Assembly: GCA_038322815.1 (NCBI GenBank)
Contig: JBBQGG010000002.1
Span: forward strand, 41,899-105,898
Direction of reading: 5' to 3'
DNA length: 64,000 nt
DNA from: Candidatus Kapaibacterium sp.
Lineage (GTDB): Bacteria > Bacteroidota > Ignavibacteria > Palsa-1295
Made by a program: the position numbers and the translations under genes. Positions 49,010-60,301 of the stretch are shown piece after piece (the first letter of the stretch is position 1; each line of letters opens with the position of its first letter). The notes beneath the pieces are model-generated. The model was given only the letters and a program-made list of their open reading frames with translations. It had not been told where the DNA came from and searched no databases.

Positions 49010-50290
49010 CTATTGATTGAGATAATTCAATTCGATGGTTGTCTGTGACCTCAATATTTCAGCCTGACGCATACTTGATCTTGTAGTATTCAACATATTG
49101 AATGTAAGCAGAAGGTCATTAATTTTTAAGTTACCCTGTTTGAGTTGCAGCTTCTGAAATTGAATAAGTTCATTAATGCTCTCGAGTTGTTTACGGTACT
49201 GCACTATCACAACATCCTGTGCTCGCAATTGCTCTGCCAGCATATTTCGTTGGATATTGGTCTCGATAAAAAAAACTCGCGCTTTTGCAGCAATGGTATT
49301 ATGCGCCAAATTAAATTTTTCGTATTCAAAATATCGCTGTCCCCCGTCATAGATCGGTATTGAAAGATTCAAACCTACACTAAATCCCAAATTATGATAC
49401 GCATTTTTTAGATCAGATGTATTCAAACCGGCATCGGCAAACCATCCAAATTTTGGCCTATACGTCCAATCGAGGAGTGATCGGTCATATTCAATGGACA
49501 AACTATCCAACGTAAATTGCCGAGCGCGAAGGGATTGATATAAAGGAATTGCTGGGCTTGAACCTAAATGGGGGTCGATCAAAGTAACTGTTGTGGAATC
49601 TGAAATGCCGGCAAGCAGATTGAGTTTATAGAGATCAGTCCTAAATTGTGTTCGCGCCTGAAATAAAGTAATTTCCTGCTGATTCCGCACAATGAGAAGA
49701 TTCAGATAATCCGATTGCGAATAAACACCTTTGCCTACGAATTCTTTCAAGAGCAGAACCTGCTCATCAAGTAATTTCAAATTTTCTTCTGCTGCTTGAG
49801 CTGAACTCAGATCCGAGTATGCAGCAACATACTGTGAAGTGATATTTTTTACGAGATCGCGCTCACTAAGGATCAGAGTTGTTGCAATTGATAAGCGCTG
49901 AGTATTAAGTTTTGCTAATTGCAGATCGCGATTTCCACCTTGAAGTAGATCCTGTGATGCTGCAATGAGTGCGCTGTAATTTCCACCGTTCGTTATTGCA
50001 CCATCGTAACCAAAACCACCTAACGTCGGAGCAATCATGGCAAGACTATTGAAATTTACTTTCGGCAGGAACGACGCTGTGATCTTGGAACTATCATAAG
50101 TGAGCGAGGCGATCTGATTTTGATAGTCGATAAGAGAGGCATTGTAGCGTCTGGCCGTAACAAGATAATCATCAACTGTTCTCGGCTGGGAAAAAACCGT
50201 TCCGTAGAAAAATGCGAGAAAAAATAGGGCGACGGCGGCGCTTAAGCAGGGGAAAAAATCAGGTTTCTCTGCTTTTAGCATGAATTCCAA
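49010..50290 (-). CDS. TolC-like outer-membrane efflux protein
   Basis: It has a signal peptide and two repeated coiled-coil/beta-barrel halves. Confidence 0.75.
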   Translation of the reverse strand: MEFMLKAEKPDFFPCLSAAVALFFLAFFYGTVFSQPRTVDDYLVTARRYNASLIDYQNQIASLTYDSSKITASFLPKVNFNSLAMIAPTLGGFGYDGAITNGGNYSALIAASQDLLQGGNRDLQLAKLNTQRLSIATTLILSERDLVKNITSQYVAAYSDLSSAQAAEENLKLLDEQVLLLKEFVGKGVYSQSDYLNLLIVRNQQEITLFQARTQFRTDLYKLNLLAGISDSTTVTLIDPHLGSSPAIPLYQSLRARQFTLDSLSIEYDRSLLDWTYRPKFGWFADAGLNTSDLKNAYHNLGFSVGLNLSIPIYDGGQRYFEYEKFNLAHNTIAAKARVFFIETNIQRNMLAEQLRAQDVVIVQYRKQLESINELIQFQKLQLKQGNLKINDLLLTFNMLNTTRSSMRQAEILRSQTTIELNYLNQ

Positions 50291-50337
50291 AAGATCATGT
50301 TAAACGAGGTTTCATCCTCTGATTGCTATCCTATTTA

Positions 50338-50790
50338 TTATTTAGTATTCGTAATATTTCCATCGGCGGAAAAAACGAGTTCTGTTTTCTTTTTTCCATT
50401 TTGCAAAATCACTTCATAGGTTGTCACAACGCCCTGAATATTTTTTTCAATGCTTTTGACTTTGGCAGTCGAATAATTTTTTGTCAGGGCTTCCATAATC
50501 GGCTGGGGAAGTTGATCAGCAGATATCATTTCCTCTATCTCCGTTACTTTTCCGTCTTTTGTGTAGAGAACGTCGCGACTGGTTTTACCCTCTTTACTCT
50601 CGATCTCGTAATATGATACACCTTCCTTAGTTTCGATATTTGTACCCTTAATCTTTGCTTTTGGATATGTGCTCTTGAATGAATTCAATACAGGCGCCGG
50701 CACCTGTTTTCTTGAGATCTTCATCTCTTGAGACATGGAGTTTGATGAAATGCCAATAATAAGAATAAGAGCAAGAAAATACGTTTTCAT
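50338..50790 (-). CDS. PepSY-like (DUF2874) periplasmic protein
   Basis: It has a signal peptide and two VP..V...F...YP.A.I...E.E...YEV-type repeats. Confidence 0.55.
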   Translation of the reverse strand: MKTYFLALILIIGISSNSMSQEMKISRKQVPAPVLNSFKSTYPKAKIKGTNIETKEGVSYYEIESKEGKTSRDVLYTKDGKVTEIEEMISADQLPQPIMEALTKNYSTAKVKSIEKNIQGVVTTYEVILQNGKKKTELVFSADGNITNTK

Positions 50791-50808
50791 AAGATTATTC
50801 GAAGAAAG

Positions 50809-51552
50809 TTAAAATCTCCAGACAAAATTCGCAACCGGGGCAAGAAGCGGTAAAGAGAAATACATAAACCCAAAATCTGAACTAAATCGTTCGTTATCGA
50901 GGCGCACTGCAAAAAGAAGGGCAATCTTACTAGGCACTGAAAGATCATGATTCCAAATCTCAGCTACCACACGTGTATTTGGTACCCCTTTGATAGGAGT
51001 ATCAAATCCGATGCCTACGCCAAGCGGACTGCCGTAACTGAATCCAAACATACCATAGGGAGCTACAGTAATTGCTGGGAAATCACTTCCGTAGGCTTTT
51101 AAAAAGATAAGTGCAGTATACCTTGTTTCATTCTGCATTTCCAAAGTAGCAGAAGCAAAGGCATGAAGATAAAGAAAATCGCTTGTCAATCGCAATAAAT
51201 TTGCACCCAATGCAAATGAAATCCCGCCTTCATCGGCAAGAGTAGCTTTTGCCTGCAAAAAAGCAAACTGTGATCTGAATGCAACTGTCGGCAGCACGGT
51301 GATTCCACCACTAAATGAAATGCTGCCGAAACCAATACCGGCATTCACAAAAGCCAACTCCCAAAAGCCGACATATCCACCGTTGATTGGCTTAGCAGTA
51401 GGCATAATAAAATGCCTGTAACTATCAAGAGGAGCAGTTACACTATCAGCTTTTTGCTGAGTAAAACCATTACTCGTTATCAGGGACAGTAAAGAAACAA
51501 CTATCCATAATCGACTTCGGATATCGGATATCTGACTTCGGACTTCCATCAT
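50809..51552 (-). CDS. putative outer-membrane beta-barrel protein
   Basis: The ATGA overlap with the upstream gene sets its start at MMEVRS... It has a signal peptide, alternating amphipathic strands and a terminal aromatic (WRF). Confidence 0.4.
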   Translation of the reverse strand: MMEVRSQISDIRSRLWIVVSLLSLITSNGFTQQKADSVTAPLDSYRHFIMPTAKPINGGYVGFWELAFVNAGIGFGSISFSGGITVLPTVAFRSQFAFLQAKATLADEGGISFALGANLLRLTSDFLYLHAFASATLEMQNETRYTALIFLKAYGSDFPAITVAPYGMFGFSYGSPLGVGIGFDTPIKGVPNTRVVAEIWNHDLSVPSKIALLFAVRLDNERFSSDFGFMYFSLPLLAPVANFVWRF

Positions 51553-53813
51553 AGCATACCTGTTCGTTTGCGGATAAACCATTCTGTACTAAAGAACATA
51601 ACAGCAAGAATAAGCAACTGCCACATATTACGACCTTCGTAATCTTTTTTCTCCTCTATTTTTTTTGTATGGAAGTTGGAACTTGCTTCAATATCTTTCA
51701 TGAGCGTTGCAGCTGTTTCAGTTGTGTAGAATTTTCCCCCTGTTCGTTCGGCAAGCGCGCGCAAAATATCGCTTCGCATTCTTGGTTCTGCAAATTCCGG
51801 AGAGTAATCACCGACATTAAATCTTCCGCCGTCGGACCCAAGCATTTTTCCGTCAAGCTTCGCTTCGCCGCTATACGTATAATCTCCGGCAGCAAGACCT
51901 TGTAAAAGCTTTGTAGAGTATCTGCCGTTCGTTAGCGGCTCAAGTGTTAATTGTATTGGCGAAGTAAGATTTGCACCCATGAGCTTCAACGTTACAATAG
52001 CTCCATCGACAGGAATAAAACTCTCGTCATATATCTGACCTGCAAATTCTATTTTTTCTCCGGCATCATAAAGTTTTCTCGTCGGAGCAATGCGAACACG
52101 TTTCTGGTCATCGTGAGTAACAAGCCAACGAGTTGAATTCCCTAAAAAAATATCAAGCGCACTTTCGCTCATCGTCGAATCTTTTTTTCTGGAGAGTGAT
52201 GCAAATGCCCGCTCCCTACCGAACGATGTCAACTTCCATTGCCATAATCCATAGCCGGTAAATGCGATCTGGCGCGACCTTCCAACGGTGCGAGAAATAA
52301 CCAAGGGTTCACCAAGTTTCACACCTTGAATCGTTGCTTCAGCAAGGATTTCACTCTCTGGTTTTGCCGTAAAATGGGTTTCCGTTTTAATAAGCGGTGC
52401 AAGACTTTCCCATTTTGTTTGTGATGTCTGTTCACTTTTTGCGCGAAAGACCGGGTTATCTTTTTTATCAGATGATAGAGCGGTAGTAACTTTCATCTCG
52501 TTGCCGGATGCCCGGGCCCCTTTGAGCGAAAATGGCATTGCATCCTCTAAGGCTCTGAGTTTATCAAGATCGAGAGTACGTGACGGAATGAAAAGCAGCG
52601 GACGCGATTCTCCGGCTATCAATTTGCGAACAAGGGCAAGTGCTTCATTCGATGTCGAAGAAATAGGGAAACCAATAAGGATCACGAGATCGGCATCTTT
52701 GACTTTATCTGTAGACGGACTCCCTTCGTAAAACTCTGCTCCTTGTTTTTGAACGTAGGAAATTAATTCGATCTCTTTTCGTCCTTCATAATACTCGCGA
52801 ATAAAAGACACATCTGAACTAGGGGAACCGGCAAAGAGAACGATCCGAAATTTATTTTTCAGAACATTTACATAGCTGATACGAAGATTATTTTTCTCTG
52901 TTGCATCCATTGAGGGATCACCTGGTGTTACTCTTGTAGTGAGTTTTACAACACCTTCTTTTTTTGGAATAAATGAAAAACTTGTTGTATAATCATTGGT
53001 ACCCTCTTTCAGAGAGATCACTTCTTCACCAACTTTCTCTCCTTCAGCATATAATGAGACGGTAACACGGTCGCCGCTTTTTGATCCGACGCTATGAATA
53101 GTTATATCCACTGGCTGCGCAACGTTTATAGTCGCGACCTCATTTGTAAAAATCTCAGAGAGAACAACATCCCGGATCTCAGTAGAATCACCAAGCCCTA
53201 TGGCATACACGGGAATGCCTAACTTTTCCGCAGAATAGATCGGATTCGATCCTGCTGTATATGCTCCGTCACTATAGAGGATGATTGCTCCGATTTTTTT
53301 TGTCTTCTGTTCATTTTGTAAAAAAGAAAAAATCGACGAAATATCTGTAACGGAGGCATCTGCCTTCAAGGCATCAAATAATGATGGTACTTTACCGCTT
53401 AAAACTTGTGTCTGTTCACCGAAGGAAAATGTATTTAGTTTCTCTGAGTTGGAAAGAATATCCTCCGAAATTACATTTTTAATACTTGCAATCATCGCGG
53501 ATTTTCTGTTCTTCCTCCATGACGAGTCACTGCCTGATTCAGGCAAGCGCATAGATTTTGAATTATCAAGCACCAAGGCAATTCGCGGAGATAGCTCACT
53601 TGTCTTGGTAAGCGTGAGTACCGGTTGAAAGAGAACAAAAAGTAAGAAGGTAAGTCCGAACGCACGAAGTGCTATGAGTATATTTCTTCGACGAGGAGTA
53701 GTTTTGGGAATAGTGCGGCGGTATGTCCACACTGAAAGTGCAAAACCCGCTGTAAGCGCGATAAAAAAAAGCCAAAGACTTCCGGAAGTCAGCGCAAGGG
53801 AGAGTGAGTTCAA
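51549..53813 (-). CDS. BatA-like N-terminal domain / VWA domain protein with C-terminal TM anchor
   Basis: It has N-terminal TM helices and a VWA MIDAS-like motif (LVLDNSKSM). It is 754 aa long. Confidence 0.6.
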   Translation of the reverse strand: MNSLSLALTSGSLWLFFIALTAGFALSVWTYRRTIPKTTPRRRNILIALRAFGLTFLLFVLFQPVLTLTKTSELSPRIALVLDNSKSMRLPESGSDSSWRKNRKSAMIASIKNVISEDILSNSEKLNTFSFGEQTQVLSGKVPSLFDALKADASVTDISSIFSFLQNEQKTKKIGAIILYSDGAYTAGSNPIYSAEKLGIPVYAIGLGDSTEIRDVVLSEIFTNEVATINVAQPVDITIHSVGSKSGDRVTVSLYAEGEKVGEEVISLKEGTNDYTTSFSFIPKKEGVVKLTTRVTPGDPSMDATEKNNLRISYVNVLKNKFRIVLFAGSPSSDVSFIREYYEGRKEIELISYVQKQGAEFYEGSPSTDKVKDADLVILIGFPISSTSNEALALVRKLIAGESRPLLFIPSRTLDLDKLRALEDAMPFSLKGARASGNEMKVTTALSSDKKDNPVFRAKSEQTSQTKWESLAPLIKTETHFTAKPESEILAEATIQGVKLGEPLVISRTVGRSRQIAFTGYGLWQWKLTSFGRERAFASLSRKKDSTMSESALDIFLGNSTRWLVTHDDQKRVRIAPTRKLYDAGEKIEFAGQIYDESFIPVDGAIVTLKLMGANLTSPIQLTLEPLTNGRYSTKLLQGLAAGDYTYSGEAKLDGKMLGSDGGRFNVGDYSPEFAEPRMRSDILRALAERTGGKFYTTETAATLMKDIEASSNFHTKKIEEKKDYEGRNMWQLLILAVMFFSTEWFIRKRTGML

Positions 53814-53838
53814 GTTCGGTCTTTAACTAACGTAAAAA

Positions 53839-54441
53839 TTATTTTTCTATCCATGATCGTAATTCCGAACGCAATATCGCTTCGCTAAGTTGCGGAGCGT
53901 CATACATGCCTTTACTTTTACGTTGGCGCATTGTTTCAAAGAGACAGATCGCCGATGCAACGGAAACATTCACACTCTCGACCATTCCCTTCATTGGAAT
54001 ATAAAGAAGACCGTCTGCACCTTCGGCAGCTTCTTCCGATATTCCTCGGTGCTCATTACCAAGAACGATGGCAGTCGGAACAGTAAGATCATATGAATAT
54101 AATTCTTTTGCGGAAGGCTCTATTTTCGTCGCTAGAATTTGGAAGCCGTCCGCTTTCAACGTCTCATAACAAGATTGTATAGAACGAAAACTTTCAAAGT
54201 TCAGCCACTTCAATGCACCGGATGCACTTGTCTTTGCGACCTCGGGTAATGATTCAATATAATAGACCATCATCACTCGCATCACTCCTACAGCATCGCA
54301 TGAACGTAATATCGCTCCGAGATTATGAGGATCATGAACATTCTCTAAAACGAGCACGAGTCCCGGCTGGCGGTTTGCCAGGGTTTTTTCCATGCGCGCA
54401 GTCCGATTTTCACTTCGGCTCCAATTTGTTTTTTCTTCCAT
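53839..54441 (-). CDS. TrmH/SpoU-family RNA 2'-O-methyltransferase
   Basis: It has LVLENVHDPHNLGAILRSCDAVGV and the SPOUT knot motifs. Confidence 0.8.
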   Translation of the reverse strand: MEEKTNWSRSENRTARMEKTLANRQPGLVLVLENVHDPHNLGAILRSCDAVGVMRVMMVYYIESLPEVAKTSASGALKWLNFESFRSIQSCYETLKADGFQILATKIEPSAKELYSYDLTVPTAIVLGNEHRGISEEAAEGADGLLYIPMKGMVESVNVSVASAICLFETMRQRKSKGMYDAPQLSEAILRSELRSWIEK

Positions 54442-54595
54442 TATACTTATCAGAACGCCTGAAGGATGAACTCCGGTTGCGCTGAACGGCTTTTGATGAA
54501 AGAAAACTCATATAATACGCGCATTTGGGGCAAACGCAGTGACCCCATCCTATGTTAGTACGAGCGCAACATACAACTAAGATCAGCAAAGGAAA

Positions 54596-57500
54596 TTGGA
54601 AGAGATAGTAGAGAAAGCAACATCGCAGAAACCAAAAAAAAGTTTTCTGCAAAGAACGATGAGGGTATTGATCTTCATCGTGATGTTCTTTATACTCCTT
54701 CTTGTATTCGCCGGTGCCTTTACGCAGACTTCCTGGTTCCGAAATATAGTCCGCTCACAGATCGTAAGCCTTGTTGAAAAGAATATTAACGGTAAACTTA
54801 CTCTCGGTAGAATTGAAGGGAATTTCATTTCCGGTTTCACGATCTACGATCTGCATCTGAAGGTGAAGAACTCCGATAGCACTGAAATTATTTCGGCAAA
54901 CGAACTTTATGCTCGCTACTCACTCTGGAAACTTATTAGCGGCAAAGAAATTCCAGTAACGACTCTTATCTTAAGATCGCCGACGATACAACTTGTTAGA
55001 TTGTCAGGCGACTCTCTTTGGAATTACGAACATTTACTCGCATCAAAAAATACCACCACACCTTCATCGCCGTTTAATCTAACAATTGATATTCAAAGTT
55101 TACGGATAGAAAACGGAAAATTTTTTGCTCATAATTATAATGACACTCTTCACTCTATAGTGAACGCTTCCACTAAACAACCTTCGATAAATTGGAGCAA
55201 TATTGCTTTGCAAAATATGGAGCTTGATTTGCGTGCACGTATTGAAGGCGGGAAAAATCAACGTGTGCAAATTAACAATCTTAGTTTTGAAGAGATCGGA
55301 AAACATCCCTTCATTCTTCATCACCTCGAATTTGGAGCATACCTTAATGATCTTCATGCGGAAATAACGGATTTCCATTTGATTTCCGATAGAAGTGATA
55401 TCCGGCTTATGGTGCTTTTCGATCCTTTGCATGTGTTGAACGGAAAACCGCTTGACTCTCTTGAGCATTCTCATACGAAACTTTCAATTTCGGCTCTTGC
55501 AGTAAATGAAAAGGAATTAAAATATTTTCTTCCCGACCTCGCTTTTCTAGAAGGAAGCCCCTCACTTGAGTTGAATGCCGATGGCGAATTTGGTAAGCTT
55601 AAAATTTTAAAAGGTAAATTAGGTTTCCGAAACGATGGCGACTTATCATTTTCCGGCGAGATTCGAAACCTACACCATCCGCAAAATCTGCACCTTGATG
55701 TTGCACTGAAAGCACATACGCTGAGCGATCACACATTGCGTGATTATGTTCCGGGTTTGAATATTCCCGATATGCAGCAATTAGGTATAGTGAATATAGA
55801 GAAACTGACCTTCACTGGTTTTACGAATAACTTCACTTCAATTTTTGATATCCATTCTACCGGAGGCACCATAAGCGGCAAAGGACATCTCGATCTCCGA
55901 TCAACAGACATGATTTACGACGCCGATATTTCCACGAAGAATGTTGACCTTGCAGTTCTTCTCCGTGATCCTACTGTAAAGAGCGATCTTAATTCTTCTT
56001 TTAAGATCAAAGGCAGAGGGACGAACCTAAAAACTATGCAGGCACAATTTACTCTCGATGGAACCGGCACAACGGGCTTTAAAAATTATCAGATTGAAAA
56101 ACTTCATCTTGGCGGAAAGATCGGAGGCGGTAGTCTCGCCTTGGAAAACACGGAGGTTATTTTGCATTCAGGTGCTTCGCTTACGAGTAAGTTTGCGACT
56201 ATCAATTTCTCGGAAAAAATTGCGACCTATGATTTCGATGTCATAACTAAAGACTTCCCTGTTTCAGATTTTGCATCTTTTTTTCCTCATTCCAGCAAAG
56301 TCTCGGTCGAAGCAAATCTGAGCGGTTCGGGATTATCGGCTAATAATTTAGTAGGCAGCATAAGTGCAGAAATTTCCGGACTCGAACAAGACAAGAAACC
56401 GCTTCCAAATATTTTATTGAATGCGACTCTCGAGCGTGATCCGACGGATGCGTTGCGGCGCATCGATATTATTACCAGTTCTATAGCAGATCTTACTTTT
56501 AGGGGAAAATACAATATCGAAAAAATAGGCATGATTTTGGGCGACCGAATTCAAAAAATATCCGGTGCTATAAGAAATCGCGGTAAGCATAGCAATGACA
56601 CTATCTCGGTATTTGGGAATAATTCTTTCTCTTGTTCTGATTCGATCGATCTTTCCTATACGGCGAACATAAAAGATCTTCGTCCTATGGCGCCGTTCAT
56701 TCCGAACGTTGTACTTTTAGGGAGTGGTAAGTTGGATGGTTCTGTGATTGGATGCGAGAATGGATTGATTGCCATTTCAACAGAAGGAAATATCCACAAT
56801 TTTCTTTTAAGACCGCGCAGAGGCAACGACTCATCCGGAGTTCCTCCGATCAGATTAAAAGATACCAAATTCTCATACTTGGCTGAGCATATAACTAATA
56901 ATGAGAATACCATCTTACACTCACTTAGATCAGAGTTCACTATACACACAGACTCGGTTGTAAAGTTCAGCGGCACGGCGATCGAAAAACCTGATGCAAT
57001 TATCAGACTCAGTGATGGTTCGTTGAATTACACACTCAACACTATACTTCCAAATAATTTAGGAGTGTTTTTATCCGGAACAGGTAACATCAGTAATCCC
57101 GATTTAACATTTCAGCCTGATAGTCTTAGTCTTTCATTCGGAAATTTATTTGTATGGCATAATGACAACAAGCCTCATATAACATTCGGTGCAGACGGAT
57201 CCATTGAAATGGATACGCTTTCACTAATTCACACAAAGCCCGGAAATGATCCTCAATTGAGATTCGCCGAGCGTATTAAACTCGGCTTTAAGATCAAAGG
57301 GGACAGCATCCCATACGCCTATATCACAGCGCCGCAACTTGATCTTGAAGACGTACCAAAATTCTTTCCTGACCCTGCTGCGGCAGCCGGGCTGACCAAC
57401 ATGAGTGGGCGTGTGACTAAACTGAATGCGTTTATGCAAGGCAGTCTTTCCCATCCGCAAGTAAGAGCTGAACTTGCTCTTCGAAAATTTACCTATAATA

Positions 57501-59395
57501 AGGTGACGATCGATACCGGCAAAGTTAATCTCTTATATAAAGATCTGACTCTGACAGGTAGTGCTGTCTTTCATGTTGATACGGCAGATTTTTCCAAGGA
57601 GAGCCTTCGCCAGGGACGCGAGAATTTTATTGCAGCCGGAAATAATTCTTTCCGGCTAGATATTGATAGCATTCCATTGCTCTTCTCGTTAAAAAACTAT
57701 CCCGGATATAGCACTGATACTGCCGCAATAGCTAAACGATTAATGAGTATCCGGGCTTCGGGAAAAGATTATCCTCTTGATATGTTCAGCACCTTCGTAC
57801 CAGTAGTTGCCGATCTGCACGGACTTGCTGATATCGAACTTACGGTGAATGGCAGCCGCGAAAATATTTTATACAAAGGGATGGTTGACGTTGGAAAAGG
57901 CTCGCTCCTTGTGCCAAATACGAATCTCTACTATACTATCAACGGCAAATTATTATTCTCAAATGAGGAGATGAAATTTGTCGATATGAAACTCGGAAAT
58001 ATGAAAAGTGATGATCCTAACGGACATGGCGTGTTAAACGGGTCATTTTTTTTCAAAGGTTTTGTTGTGCAAAGTTTCAAACTTACACTTGCAACTGACC
58101 GCCTGACCGTATTAAGTAATGCATCGAAAGAAACTTTGAAAACCATTTATGGACCACTTGCAATTCAAACAGTAGGTAGTCCATTAATTTTTTCCGGTAC
58201 ATTCGATAGACCAATGTTAGCAGGCAACATAAATGTCGTACAAGGAATTTTGACTCTACCCCAATCTGATATCTCAGCAGCAGAGTTGAATGACGGCATC
58301 ACCTATAGAATTAAAAGAGAAACCGGTATTGGCGATACACTTCAGCTCACCGATTCGTTAAAACATATTCTGCAGATAATTGCCGAGGCTGATAATGTCA
58401 ATGAGTACAATGATACAGTATTTGAAATAGCAGCGCGAAATGCAACCACGTCTCAGGTAAATATTCAGCCCGAATTTACACTCGAGCAACTGAGCTTTAT
58501 GGATAAGTTGCTTTATGATCTCCATATTTCTATTCCCGGAAATGATGTATGGTTTAACGTCAATTTGAATAAATTATACGGAGTTGTCAAGGAACAGCTT
58601 CATGCTGAAATAAAGACTGACGGAACATTGTCCTATATAAGAAACGAACCCGGGACTGCTCCCGAAACAGATGGAGTAATAACTCTTACGGATAAATCCA
58701 GCTTTACATTCATAAAAGAGTTTACCCCTGTTACCGGGACGATTACGTTTGTTAAAGAACTTGGGAACCCTGTGATCGATATTACTGCAGAATATACGGG
58801 ACAGCATCGCACGCCCGGAGGTGTCGATGAAGTTGTGAGGATTAAATTGATCGTCGAGGGAACACTTAACGAACCTCGCCTGACAATGGAATTATATCAT
58901 AAAAATAATCAGGGAGACTTCAGTAGGGATTACCGTCAGCAAGATCAGGTTCAGGCAGATGTTCTCTCCTATCTTACGACAGGAAATTTTGCAAGCGATG
59001 CGCCGGGTCAGAGTTCGAATAATGGTTTAACTACTGCTGGATTTTCCGCCGGTTCGGGAATCGTCAGCTCTGCTCTCAGTAATTTGACAAAGTCAGACTA
59101 TATTCGGGGTATTGGTGTAGTATATGGCGGAGCAGCAGGCTCTAAATTGAATTTTACATTTGGCTTTAAAGATGTGGTATTAAATATTGGAGGAGGGTTT
59201 AATACAACAACAAGTCCAGGTCTCACCTCGTCCGATTTCGCAGTTGAGGTTCCTTTTTCAACATTCTTTTCATTTCCAAATGCACATAAATTTCTCTTCA
59301 GAGGAGAAAGTCACCTTGGAACCGATCCTTTTGCTCAAACCCTAGTGCAGCAACCCCTCTTTTTAGGTAGATTTCTTTTCCGCTTCTCGCAATAA
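54596..59395 (+). CDS. TamB-like translocation and assembly module protein (AsmA/DUF490 family)
   Basis: It is a 1599-aa, beta-rich protein with an N-terminal TM anchor (MRVLIFIVMFFILLLVF). The likely true start is the ATG at 54659. Confidence 0.75.
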   Translation: MEEIVEKATSQKPKKSFLQRTMRVLIFIVMFFILLLVFAGAFTQTSWFRNIVRSQIVSLVEKNINGKLTLGRIEGNFISGFTIYDLHLKVKNSDSTEIISANELYARYSLWKLISGKEIPVTTLILRSPTIQLVRLSGDSLWNYEHLLASKNTTTPSSPFNLTIDIQSLRIENGKFFAHNYNDTLHSIVNASTKQPSINWSNIALQNMELDLRARIEGGKNQRVQINNLSFEEIGKHPFILHHLEFGAYLNDLHAEITDFHLISDRSDIRLMVLFDPLHVLNGKPLDSLEHSHTKLSISALAVNEKELKYFLPDLAFLEGSPSLELNADGEFGKLKILKGKLGFRNDGDLSFSGEIRNLHHPQNLHLDVALKAHTLSDHTLRDYVPGLNIPDMQQLGIVNIEKLTFTGFTNNFTSIFDIHSTGGTISGKGHLDLRSTDMIYDADISTKNVDLAVLLRDPTVKSDLNSSFKIKGRGTNLKTMQAQFTLDGTGTTGFKNYQIEKLHLGGKIGGGSLALENTEVILHSGASLTSKFATINFSEKIATYDFDVITKDFPVSDFASFFPHSSKVSVEANLSGSGLSANNLVGSISAEISGLEQDKKPLPNILLNATLERDPTDALRRIDIITSSIADLTFRGKYNIEKIGMILGDRIQKISGAIRNRGKHSNDTISVFGNNSFSCSDSIDLSYTANIKDLRPMAPFIPNVVLLGSGKLDGSVIGCENGLIAISTEGNIHNFLLRPRRGNDSSGVPPIRLKDTKFSYLAEHITNNENTILHSLRSEFTIHTDSVVKFSGTAIEKPDAIIRLSDGSLNYTLNTILPNNLGVFLSGTGNISNPDLTFQPDSLSLSFGNLFVWHNDNKPHITFGADGSIEMDTLSLIHTKPGNDPQLRFAERIKLGFKIKGDSIPYAYITAPQLDLEDVPKFFPDPAAAAGLTNMSGRVTKLNAFMQGSLSHPQVRAELALRKFTYNKVTIDTGKVNLLYKDLTLTGSAVFHVDTADFSKESLRQGRENFIAAGNNSFRLDIDSIPLLFSLKNYPGYSTDTAAIAKRLMSIRASGKDYPLDMFSTFVPVVADLHGLADIELTVNGSRENILYKGMVDVGKGSLLVPNTNLYYTINGKLLFSNEEMKFVDMKLGNMKSDDPNGHGVLNGSFFFKGFVVQSFKLTLATDRLTVLSNASKETLKTIYGPLAIQTVGSPLIFSGTFDRPMLAGNINVVQGILTLPQSDISAAELNDGITYRIKRETGIGDTLQLTDSLKHILQIIAEADNVNEYNDTVFEIAARNATTSQVNIQPEFTLEQLSFMDKLLYDLHISIPGNDVWFNVNLNKLYGVVKEQLHAEIKTDGTLSYIRNEPGTAPETDGVITLTDKSSFTFIKEFTPVTGTITFVKELGNPVIDITAEYTGQHRTPGGVDEVVRIKLIVEGTLNEPRLTMELYHKNNQGDFSRDYRQQDQVQADVLSYLTTGNFASDAPGQSSNNGLTTAGFSAGSGIVSSALSNLTKSDYIRGIGVVYGGAAGSKLNFTFGFKDVVLNIGGGFNTTTSPGLTSSDFAVEVPFSTFFSFPNAHKFLFRGESHLGTDPFAQTLVQQPLFLGRFLFRFSQ

Positions 59396-59659
59396 TAAAG
59401 AGTCTTAGCCGATAAATAATAGAGAGAAAAAACCTGCTACACCAGCCATGATTACGATTATGGCTAAGATATCTTTAGAATTCTGATTCGACCTGATTGT
59501 TGTTGCTTGTATCTGTGTCATTGTGTTATCTTCAATAAAAGGGAGAATTATAAGTATTCTCTCCTTTAAAAACACCCCATCAGACTGGGAGTTACACCTT
59601 CAAAGTGAAAAAAACTGAGTTTTTTGGAACTCAGGGGCTTAGAAATGGCTTTTTACGTC

Positions 59660-59732
59660 GCTTCCTTAGCTCAGTTGGTAGAGCAAATGACTCTTAATCA
59701 TTGGGTCGCGGGTTCGAGTCCCGCAGGGAGCA
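59660..59732 (+). tRNA. tRNA-Lys (anticodon CTT)
   Basis: It folds into a cloverleaf. The acceptor stem is gcttcct/agggagc, the anticodon stem is aatga/tcatt, the loop ctCTTaa gives the anticodon, and the T-arm is gcggg-ttcgagt-cccgc. No CCA is encoded. Confidence 0.85.
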
Positions 59733-60266
59733 CGACTGTCAAAGAACGAACGGGCTGTAATAAAGTCTCGAAAAGAGTGAACTCATTTGCGAAAAAGTCC
59801 TCAAAACAGCCCAAATTCTATGATTTTTACTTGTAGAGTTCATTCCTAGTTTCGTTAATCCGCATAACAAAAATACAAAAATTTTTCTATCAAGGGATAA
59901 TTTCCGGCTATTCCTACCCGTAAAATCTTCGTCAGTTCTTCGTCACCTAAAGTAAGCATCCCTCTACTTTTTAAGAGTTCGTATATTATTACCCGGAATT
60001 GAACTGGAAAGAGACTCAAGGATTTCTATTGTTGATTACAAAGGTAAGGCACCACACAATACCATAGGTGGGAAGGTGTAGAATAGAAAAATAGATCATT
60101 CATAAATCTTAACCCGGACCAAGTCAGAATTCGCATTTCCAATAGGTGCTCATAGCAGAAAGTCTTTTATTGTACTCCAGATTTTCTTATCGTATATTGT
60201 TCAAAAAGTGATAGGCACCAATTTGGCTGCAAATAACCTCTTTTGATAGTATCAACTTTGTAAAGT

Positions 60267-60301
60267 TAACAAGAAATTTTCCGCCAGAAAATTTCTTGTT
60301 A
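60267..60301. promoter_or_regulatory. perfect 15-bp inverted repeat (taacaagaaattttc-cgcca-gaaaatttcttgtta) ~120 bp upstream of the island operon
   Basis: The repeat is read directly from the sequence. No T-run follows, so it looks like an operator rather than a terminator. Confidence 0.4.

Noticed and set aside
59608-59634. Hairpin aaaaaaa-ctgagtt-ttttgg-aactcag just upstream of tRNA-Lys
   Set aside because: It would act as a terminator only on the minus strand, where no gene lies upstream. The stem is short (7 bp). It is noted but not called.
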